A stretch of 32,000 bases of DNA, taken from Bdellovibrionota bacterium (GTDB taxonomy: Bacteria; Bdellovibrionota; UBA1018; CAUJDS01). Positions 25,048 to 32,000 of the stretch are shown here, in pieces. The notes under the pieces were generated by a model that had not been told where the DNA came from, did not search any database, and saw only the letters and a program-made list of their open reading frames with translations. The first letter of the stretch is position 1. Each line of letters begins with the position of its first letter. The position numbers were made by a program, and so were the translations under genes. The stretch is from the NCBI GenBank assembly GCA_963169695.1, contig CAUJDS010000076.1, forward strand, positions 14,452 through 46,451. Direction: 5' to 3'.

Positions 25048-26007
25048 TTGGTCGTGCGACAACGAGACTGGATCATTTTATCGGGTAATTCCAACCATCC
25101 CTTAGCGGAGAAGATCTCCGAAAAGCTTGGCAAGACGCTGGCAAAGGCAGACGTCAAACGATTCTCAGACGGCGAAGTCTTTGTAGAGATTGGTGAAAAC
25201 GTCCGCGGCAAGGATGCTTACGTCATTCAAAGTACCTGTCCCCCAGTCAATGACAACCTGATGGAATTGCTGGTCCTTATTGATGCCCTCAAGCGAGCAA
25301 GCGCTAAGGAGATTTCCGCAATCATTCCTTACTTTGGTTACGCACGCCAAGACCGAAAGGTGGGACCCCGAACTCCCATTAGTGCCAAACTTGTAGCAGA
25401 CCTCATCACAGCGGCGGGAGCTACGAGAGTAGTTGCCATGGACCTCCATGCCGGTCAGATTCAGGGATTTTTCAATATTCCGTCAGATAATATCTTCGCC
25501 TTACCAGTCATTCTCAATTATTTGCGCCGGGAACTGGTGAGCCAAGGTGAGAATACGGTTATTGTTAGCCCAGACGCGGGCGGTGTGGAACGTGCGCGGG
25601 CCTACGGCAAGCGACTCCAGGCCTCAGTTGCAATGATCGACAAGCGACGAACCGGGCCCAATGTTGCCAAGGCGATGAATATCGTTGGAGACGTTAAAGG
25701 CAAGGTAGCCATCATCATGGACGACATGATCGACACTGCTGGTACATTGACCGAAGCAGCCCATGCAGTACTGGAGAATGGGGCTACGGATGTCATCGCA
25801 GTCGCAACACACGGAATTTTTTCGGGTCCAGCGATTGAGCGCATCAGTCAGTCTCCCATTCGACAAGTTATTATTACCGACACCCTTCCACTCAGCCCTG
25901 GCGCCTCCAATTGCCCAAAGATTATTCAGCTCTCCGTTGCGGACATCATAGCGGAAGCCATTCACCGCATTCACAATTACGATAGCCTGAGCAGCCTCTT
26001 TATCTAA
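25048..26007 (+). CDS. prs: Ribose-phosphate pyrophosphokinase
   Basis: IILSGNSNHPLAEKISEKLG; FSDGEVFVEIGENVRGKDAYVIQS; MDLHAGQIQGFF; VIVSPDAGGVERARAYG; DDMIDTAGT; exact start uncertain (TTG 25048 or GTG 25054). Confidence 0.97.
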   Translation: MVVRQRDWIILSGNSNHPLAEKISEKLGKTLAKADVKRFSDGEVFVEIGENVRGKDAYVIQSTCPPVNDNLMELLVLIDALKRASAKEISAIIPYFGYARQDRKVGPRTPISAKLVADLITAAGATRVVAMDLHAGQIQGFFNIPSDNIFALPVILNYLRRELVSQGENTVIVSPDAGGVERARAYGKRLQASVAMIDKRRTGPNVAKAMNIVGDVKGKVAIIMDDMIDTAGTLTEAAHAVLENGATDVIAVATHGIFSGPAIERISQSPIRQVIITDTLPLSPGASNCPKIIQLSVADIIAEAIHRIHNYDSLSSLFI

Positions 26008-26624
26008 TGAAACTCATCGTAGGACTTGGCAATCCTGGCAATCGCTACCTCAAGACTCGCCACAACGCGGGATTTATGGCTGCTGATTTCCTCATTTCAG
26101 CCTGGAATGCTCATCGCGAGAAGTCTTCGCTCCCATTGGAACTCTATCGATCAAAGGTTTTGGGAGAAGACGTACTGATCGCCAAACCTCAGACCTTTAT
26201 GAACTTATCCGGCCAAGCCGCTGCGCCACTCCTTCGATTTTACAAACTCTCAGCTCAAGACCTCCTGGTCATTCATGATGAATTGGACCTTGATCCAATG
26301 GTTTTTCGTATCAAAAAAGGTGGCGGAACTGGCGGCCACAACGGATTACTCTCGCTCGATGAATCCCTAGGAAAAGAAAGTACTGGCTATATTCGCTTTC
26401 GAATCGGCATTGGCAAGCCCTCCACCGTTCAAAGCAGACTCCCCACCGAAGATTACGTTTTGGCGCCATTTTCTACGGATGAAGGCATCCTTTTTCAGGA
26501 GATCCTTCCTCATATACAATCCGCAGCAGAACTTTGGCTTCAGGGATCACTCACTCAAGCAATGAATCAATTCAACCAGAAAAAAAAGAACTCATCAGAA
26601 GAGGACGGAACTCATGGGATTTAA
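26007..26624 (+). CDS. pth: Peptidyl-tRNA hydrolase
   Basis: [29 protein letters not shown]; [12 protein letters not shown]; [10 protein letters not shown]; GGTGGHNGL. Confidence 0.97.
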   Translation: MKLIVGLGNPGNRYLKTRHNAGFMAADFLISAWNAHREKSSLPLELYRSKVLGEDVLIAKPQTFMNLSGQAAAPLLRFYKLSAQDLLVIHDELDLDPMVFRIKKGGGTGGHNGLLSLDESLGKESTGYIRFRIGIGKPSTVQSRLPTEDYVLAPFSTDEGILFQEILPHIQSAAELWLQGSLTQAMNQFNQKKKNSSEEDGTHGI

Positions 26625-27714
26625 ATGCGGCATCGTTGGACTACCCAACGTCGGAAAATCGACAATATTCAATGCTCTCACTTCAGCTAAAGCAGAGGCA
26701 GCCAATTTTCCTTTCTGCACAATTGAACCCAATACGGGCATTGTACGAGTACCAGATCCTCGACTAGACAAACTTACGGAGTATTTCAAACCCAAAATCA
26801 CTGTGCCGACCAGCATGACCTTCGTAGACATTGCTGGACTCGTCCGAGGTGCATCCAAAGGCGAAGGTCTCGGCAATCAATTTCTTGCTCATATCCGTGA
26901 GACTCAGGCCATTGCCCATGTGGTTCGTTGCTTTGGCGATCCCAACGTGGTGCACGTAGAAGGATCGGTCGACCCCCTTCGCGATATCGAAACCATCGAT
27001 ATTGAACTCATCCTCGCAGACCTCGAAACGGTGACGAAAAAATACTCCCAGGTCGAAAAATCTGCCAAAACAGGCAATAAAGAAGCGGCCGCGCTCTATG
27101 GCGTATTGTCCCGCATCAAGCCTGCACTCGAAGCTGGATCCAGCGTTCGCTCTCTTGGCCTGACGGCTGAGGAAGAACTCATTGTCAGAGATTTCCACCT
27201 CATTACACTTAAGAAGGTTCTTTTCGTTGCCAACGTTGATGAAGAAGACATGGCTTCACCCGAAAAAAATTCCAATTACCAAAAGCTAGCTGCCCATGCT
27301 GCCAAGGAACGAGCACCAGTCGTAGCTATTTGCGGAAAGATCGAATCAGAAATATCAGAACTGGCCAACGAAGATCGCAAGCAATTTCTGCAGGAAATGG
27401 GTATGGAAGAACCTGGCCTCAACAAAGTCATTCGAGCTGGTTACGAAATTCTGGGATTACAAACCTATTTTACGGCAGGCGAAAAAGAAGTCCGGGCCTG
27501 GACGATTGGCAAAGTTTGTACTGCACCACAAGCTGCAGGCGTCATTCACTCTGATTTTGAAAGAGGTTTCATTAAAGCGGAAGTTTTTCATTTTGATGAC
27601 GTGATTAAACACAAATCCGAACAAGGAATCAAAAACGCAGGACTCCTTCGACTCGAAGGAAAAGACTACCTCGTCAAAGACGGCGACGTCATGCACTTTC
27701 GATTCAATGTGTAG
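26614..27714 (+). CDS. ychF: Redox-regulated/ribosome-associated ATPase YchF (Obg-family)
   Basis: [44 protein letters not shown]; [20 protein letters not shown]; C-terminal DVMHFRFNV. Confidence 0.97.
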   Translation: MGFKCGIVGLPNVGKSTIFNALTSAKAEAANFPFCTIEPNTGIVRVPDPRLDKLTEYFKPKITVPTSMTFVDIAGLVRGASKGEGLGNQFLAHIRETQAIAHVVRCFGDPNVVHVEGSVDPLRDIETIDIELILADLETVTKKYSQVEKSAKTGNKEAAALYGVLSRIKPALEAGSSVRSLGLTAEEELIVRDFHLITLKKVLFVANVDEEDMASPEKNSNYQKLAAHAAKERAPVVAICGKIESEISELANEDRKQFLQEMGMEEPGLNKVIRAGYEILGLQTYFTAGEKEVRAWTIGKVCTAPQAAGVIHSDFERGFIKAEVFHFDDVIKHKSEQGIKNAGLLRLEGKDYLVKDGDVMHFRFNV

Positions 27715-29539
27715 TAGCTTCTGGCGCAATCCAAAGCGTGCCAAAATCCTTGAGCGCGTGACCATTGAGGGATAGCTGGTACCAAAAATAATTCTTTACG
27801 ATGCTACGCACATAATTTCTGGTTTCGGAATAAGGAATTCTCTCAATAAACTCATCTAAAGTAAGTTTTTCAAGCTTGATATTTTTTAGCCATGACTTAA
27901 GTTTATTGGGACCCGCATTGTATGCCGCTAGCGCAAAAGGGACATTGCCATTGAATTGTTTCAAAAGCTTGGCCAGATATTCCGCTCCCAATTCAAGATT
28001 GAGCTCAGGATCATAGGCCTGACGCAAATAGAGATTGGCCCGAATATCGAGTGCCGTATAGGGCATGAGTTGGGCGAGGCCCATGGCTCCCGAACTTGAT
28101 CGGATTTCTGGGTCAAATGAACTCTCTTGCTTCACTAGGCTTAGGAGCAAAATGGAATCCACTCCAGCCTTGGCCGCTGCTGACTTAATCTCGTCCAAAT
28201 AGGGCGTGGAAAAGGTAATCCCCACCTGATGAGTTGAATATCCAAAGGGGCTATTTCTGAGAATAAGCTCGGTCAGAAAATCGTATGTCAAAAGGTGATT
28301 TCCTACGACATCTTGAAGCGTAGCAAGGTACATACAGAAGCCCGAAGAATAAAAAGACTTCACCTTCAGTTGATCAAGCTCTTTCTTCGCCAAGTCGAGC
28401 TGCTTTTGTCCAATCAGTTCTTCTGCACGACTTAAGTTTAAGAGATCTCTCGGACTTAAATTGGGGTCCGAAGTTTCAACCATTGGAAGATTAGCAGACA
28501 TAACCATTTGAGGATTTCTCCCCAATAGAAATGCGGAACTTAGGCCATAAAACGAAAGCGGGGATTCTTTTAACGTCAGCTTGAAGAAAAATTCTGCCGC
28601 CTTAGCATCCCCAATTTTTTGAAGGGTTTTACCAAACCAATAGCGTGCACGGGCCATTTCACTCGATTTTGGATAGGTTTTCAAGAACGCATCAAATCTT
28701 TCTGCTGCCTTCCAATAGGATTCCGAGAAGTAGAGAGAGAAAATTTCGTCCAAATCTTTCTTGTCACTATCGCCAACCGAATATTTTTTTGTAATTCTCT
28801 CATAAATAGGCAGCGAAGCTTTGTAATTTCTGGCTGTCGGATCAATCTCTAAAATTTCCTTTCTCTCCATTGAGTTTTCCGGATATTGCGCCATGATTTT
28901 CTTCATCCATGCCTCGCATCGAGCCGATCGAGATTGCTTACACAATCCGACATAGAAAGAAAGCGTGGATTCTTTGAGCTTGTAGACAAGTCTTCCACTA
29001 CTGAGTCTTTCAAAGGCCGTCTCGAGTTGGAATTGCGCTTTTTCTTTTTGTCTCAGGCTAGAATAAGCCTCTGCAATGCCCACTTCCCAATCGAAGGCAC
29101 GTTCTGCTTGATCCTCTAAAAGAGGTGACTCAGGTCTGTCTTTTCCAATCTCAAAAAGAAAACTCTTAGCGTGATTGAGTTCTTCGATGGCTTTGGCCCA
29201 ATTCTTATGAGCAAGGGAGTAACTTCCCATCGAACCATATACTTCAGCCTCAAAATAAAGTGCATAATCTCGATAGCGCAAATCGCGCTTAAGCTTTTCA
29301 CAGAAGACCAGCGCCTCGCTGTATTTTCGTTTTTTAATTCGGTCTCGGATCTTATCAATTATTTTGACTGGTTCACTTTTCTTGGCATAAACAGCATCGA
29401 GTGCGTCCTGAATGGAAACAGAAAAAGCGGTCCGTACTTCGGGTGCCTTCTTTTTTAGAAATACGTCCAGGCGCAGCTTTTCTTTAAACGCAGTAGTGCC
29501 AGCCGTTGCTGAAGCAAGCCAAAGAAAGGCCGTAGCCAT
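27704..29539 (-). CDS. Soluble lytic murein transglycosylase-like protein (Slt family, GH23) with TPR-like N-terminal region
   Basis: [67 protein letters not shown]; start assigned at internal [10 protein letters not shown] to preserve the signal peptide (track start 29602). Confidence 0.88.
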   Translation of the reverse strand: MATAFLWLASATAGTTAFKEKLRLDVFLKKKAPEVRTAFSVSIQDALDAVYAKKSEPVKIIDKIRDRIKKRKYSEALVFCEKLKRDLRYRDYALYFEAEVYGSMGSYSLAHKNWAKAIEELNHAKSFLFEIGKDRPESPLLEDQAERAFDWEVGIAEAYSSLRQKEKAQFQLETAFERLSSGRLVYKLKESTLSFYVGLCKQSRSARCEAWMKKIMAQYPENSMERKEILEIDPTARNYKASLPIYERITKKYSVGDSDKKDLDEIFSLYFSESYWKAAERFDAFLKTYPKSSEMARARYWFGKTLQKIGDAKAAEFFFKLTLKESPLSFYGLSSAFLLGRNPQMVMSANLPMVETSDPNLSPRDLLNLSRAEELIGQKQLDLAKKELDQLKVKSFYSSGFCMYLATLQDVVGNHLLTYDFLTELILRNSPFGYSTHQVGITFSTPYLDEIKSAAAKAGVDSILLLSLVKQESSFDPEIRSSSGAMGLAQLMPYTALDIRANLYLRQAYDPELNLELGAEYLAKLLKQFNGNVPFALAAYNAGPNKLKSWLKNIKLEKLTLDEFIERIPYSETRNYVRSIVKNYFWYQLSLNGHALKDFGTLWIAPEATTH

Positions 29540-29549
29540 GAGCAGAAAT

Positions 29550-30131
29550 TTAGATTTTCTCCCTGGCAAGCTTAAGGTCGGTGATTGCACGCTGTAGCTC
29601 ATCCTTTTCGGTAGCAGAGGTCCCGGGCAAAACCTTTTCTAGTCTTGCAATAGCCGCCGAGACTGCCTGCACTGAGCCTGCAGGATCCCGCTTGGAATGA
29701 CTAAAAAGCAAATCCACAGCCTCATTGTAAGACGTGGCCAAGTCCTGAAAATTATCATGTTTTCTAAAAGTAATGCGCTCCAACCGCCCCTTGCGTGCAC
29801 CATCGAGAGATTTTTTTAATTTATAGAGAGGACCAGCAATTTTGTGCGAAACAAAAAGACTTATCAAAAGCGTCAAAAGAATAAACACGCTGTGGATTGC
29901 GCTAAGCAACCAGAGGAACTCTGAGCGAAATGTCTCGAGGACAACGCTGCTTTCTTGACCAGCACTGTCAGCGACATAGCGCATAAAATATTCAAAAAGG
30001 TCGTAAATAATGAGAGGGTAAGCAAGGCTTAGCGCCAAAATCCAAGACACCACAAAGAACGTGAACTTCAGCTGAAATTTGCGATCGACCAGGAGCGAAC
30101 TTCGACGTTTCGCGTTAGTATTACCATCCAT
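29550..30131 (-). CDS. Membrane protein with two TM helices and HAMP-like domain
   Basis: LLISLFVSHKIAGPLYKLKKSLDGARKGRLERITFRKHDNFQDLATSYNEAVDLL. Confidence 0.65.
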   Translation of the reverse strand: MDGNTNAKRRSSLLVDRKFQLKFTFFVVSWILALSLAYPLIIYDLFEYFMRYVADSAGQESSVVLETFRSEFLWLLSAIHSVFILLTLLISLFVSHKIAGPLYKLKKSLDGARKGRLERITFRKHDNFQDLATSYNEAVDLLFSHSKRDPAGSVQAVSAAIARLEKVLPGTSATEKDELQRAITDLKLAREKI

Positions 30132-30165
30132 GCGTTCAGATTCTATCTCAGGAAACTCTCAAAAG

Positions 30166-30492
30166 CTATTTTCCGGAAACGCGAAGGCGATCGGGCACTT
30201 GATTTTCTTTGCCCGTAGCCAAGTCTAGGACACACGCTGCGTCTTCGGGACGAAGCTTTCCTAGCCAAATTCCCTGTGGATAGATGACTGCGGCAGCCCC
30301 ATCCTCACAGATGTCTAAGCAGCCCGACTTTTGAGCCCGAACATCCTTACGTAAACCTCGCTTTATTACTTCGGCCTTTATTGCATCAAGCAAAGCCTCT
30401 GATCCTCGCGCAGAGCAGCACCCCCGGGGATTGCCTGATTCTCTCTGATTGGTACATATAAAGATATGAGCTTTCAGTTTTCGATCTGCCAT
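30166..30492 (-). CDS. (2Fe-2S) ferredoxin / thioredoxin-like [2Fe-2S] domain protein
   Basis: HIFICTNQRESGNPRGCCSARGSEALLDAIKAEVIKRGL...VRAQKSGCLDICEDGAAAVIYPQGIWLG. Confidence 0.85.
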   Translation of the reverse strand: MADRKLKAHIFICTNQRESGNPRGCCSARGSEALLDAIKAEVIKRGLRKDVRAQKSGCLDICEDGAAAVIYPQGIWLGKLRPEDAACVLDLATGKENQVPDRLRVSGK

Positions 30493-30510
30493 GAAAAAGT
30501 CCTTAGTAAG

Positions 30511-31923
30511 ATGAAATCGTTTCTCCTAGGGCTTATGGCTTTTGTCTTTTTTGCGCAATCCCCAGCTTATGCTGAGCCACCTTTTCTTCAGGTCTCAGTA
30601 GAGACGGAGCCGGCGACGCTTGACTGGCATCGCTACCGTTCTTCTAGTGACCGATTCATCGTGTCTTTTTTGATGCGAGGATTGATGAAGTATTCTGCAA
30701 CAGGACAGGCTGAATGCGATCTCTGCCTGTCCTACCAAGTTGACGCCACCGGAAAGAACTATGAATTTCGAATCGCTCCCATGGAAAGGTGGTCGGACGG
30801 AGTACCTCTTGAAGCTAAGCATTTTGTCGACTCCTTTCAACGTCTTCTCGATTCCCAAAAGCATTTCCCAGCTGCAGGTCCTTTTGCCATCATTAGCAAG
30901 GTCAAAGCAACCGGCTCTCACACCGTTCAGATTCAACTCAAATCTTCCAAAAAGGAATTTCTGGATCTCCTCACATTGACTCCTTCGTTTCCCATTCGGA
31001 AGGATCTTATTTCGAATGCCAAGAATGATCGCGGTGAGAAAATGGCACAAACAGCGACCCTTGGACCCTATTTCTTAGCGGAATGGGATTACGGAAAGCG
31101 AATCGTATTAGAGGGTAATCCATTTTATATGGGCGACCGCCCCGTGTTTCGTGTGGATCTCCTCTTTGGAAGTCACCAAGAAAGCGTCGCACGATTCAAA
31201 GAAGGCAAGTTGGATGTGCTTTCCAATCCAACGACTGAAGAAATTATGAGCCTTTCCGGATCCAAGCTCGAAACTCGCCCGCTCTGGTCCACGCGATTTC
31301 TCTCTCTCAATACCAAGAGCGGTCCCCTCCAGGATGCGAGCATGCGCAAAGCTGTTTCCTACAGCCTTGAGCGTGCCAACCTTAGCGCCTTGTTAAAAAA
31401 CGGCGAGAGGCCGCCACTCGGACTTCTTCCACCAGGAATTCCGGGCTACCCACTTCTCACTTCCGCCCCGCCGTTTGACCTCACCAAGGCCCAAGCCGAA
31501 CGTCACCGCGCCGTAGCGTGGCCGAAGGAAGTAGAAGTCACGCTCCTCCATTCGGACCAAGACACCGACCAGAAAGTTGCATTGTGGCTCATTGAGGCAC
31601 TGAAGAAGGTTCACATCAAGGTTTCTCCAAAGAAGGTTGCGACTCGCGATTTCTTCGAAGCCCTCGCCAAACAAAACCACGACCTCGCACTGGTAACTTG
31701 GATCTTTCAGACGGCCACCTCAGAGGACCTTTCTCAGTTGCTTGGACAGAAGGATGGAACCGCTTCTTCCCAAATGGCCAAAACAGCTGAGGTTGACAAA
31801 AATGCCGTGATCACCCTGGGGTATCCGTCGCAGTCCTATTTATTGGGGCGAAGGGTACAGAGTTTTGAAGTGACGCCCTATGGTGAACCAGATTTGGTCA
31901 AGATTTCGCTTCCTCAAAACTAG
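30511..31923 (+). CDS. Extracellular solute-binding protein family 5 (peptide/oligopeptide ABC transporter substrate-binding)
   Basis: Signal peptide MKSFLLGLMAFVFFAQSPAYA; VETEPATLDWHRY, LMRGLMKYSATGQ..., YEFRIAPMERWSDGVPLEAKHFVDSFQRLLD; start assigned at the ATG at 30511. Confidence 0.85.
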   Translation: MKSFLLGLMAFVFFAQSPAYAEPPFLQVSVETEPATLDWHRYRSSSDRFIVSFLMRGLMKYSATGQAECDLCLSYQVDATGKNYEFRIAPMERWSDGVPLEAKHFVDSFQRLLDSQKHFPAAGPFAIISKVKATGSHTVQIQLKSSKKEFLDLLTLTPSFPIRKDLISNAKNDRGEKMAQTATLGPYFLAEWDYGKRIVLEGNPFYMGDRPVFRVDLLFGSHQESVARFKEGKLDVLSNPTTEEIMSLSGSKLETRPLWSTRFLSLNTKSGPLQDASMRKAVSYSLERANLSALLKNGERPPLGLLPPGIPGYPLLTSAPPFDLTKAQAERHRAVAWPKEVEVTLLHSDQDTDQKVALWLIEALKKVHIKVSPKKVATRDFFEALAKQNHDLALVTWIFQTATSEDLSQLLGQKDGTASSQMAKTAEVDKNAVITLGYPSQSYLLGRRVQSFEVTPYGEPDLVKISLPQN

Positions 31924-31944
31924 GCGCCACCGACCATCTTCAAA

Positions 31945-32000
31945 ATGGACAAGCCGAGGATTTTCAGTTATTTCAAGAAGTTCATTCAGTCCAATAGACC
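31945..32000 (+). CDS. Possible start of a further CDS (MDKPRIFSYFKKFIQSNR...), truncated
   Basis: ATG followed by open frame to the window edge only. Confidence 0.25.
   Translation, partial: MDKPRIFSYFKKFIQSNR

Noticed and set aside
1-32000. CRISPR array, tRNA or rRNA genes
   Set aside because: No regularly spaced direct repeats, cloverleaf-like sequences or rRNA signatures were recognised; a tRNAscan/Infernal run would be needed to exclude them formally.

Overview
The window looks like a chromosomal segment from a Bdellovibrionota/deltaproteobacterial-type genome (lineage is my inference from gene style only). From left to right it holds: (1) a leftward flagellar filament-assembly operon (FlaG-like, LpxH-like metallophosphoesterase, FliD, FliS, FliT-like); (2) a putative lipoprotein; (3) a rightward S46-family peptidase-like protein in which I cannot find either catalytic motif; (4) two leftward flagellin genes and a leftward lipoprotein gene; (5) a rightward seven-gene cluster (about 11.4-18.6 kb): an outer-membrane barrel-like protein, a TPR lipoprotein, a single-chain membrane protein with a periplasmic region, a TM helix and a C-terminal FliG-like middle/C region, a cyclic-nucleotide-binding-domain protein, a MotA-like protein, a MotB-like protein, and a zinc-ribbon/TM/SH3b protein; (6) envelope and housekeeping genes (GT39-like, M14/MpaA-like, DedA, XerC/D, TrmFO, Prs, Pth, YchF, Slt-like, HAMP protein, [2Fe-2S] ferredoxin-like, SBP_bac_5). 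The main candidate for an undescribed system is the cluster in (5). It resembles a complete rotor-plus-stator pair in which the rotor is a natural FliF/FliG-like fusion. It is preceded by divergent sigma-28-like promoters that suggest co-regulation with the flagellins. All homology calls are from motif recognition by eye; no database or structure searches were run.
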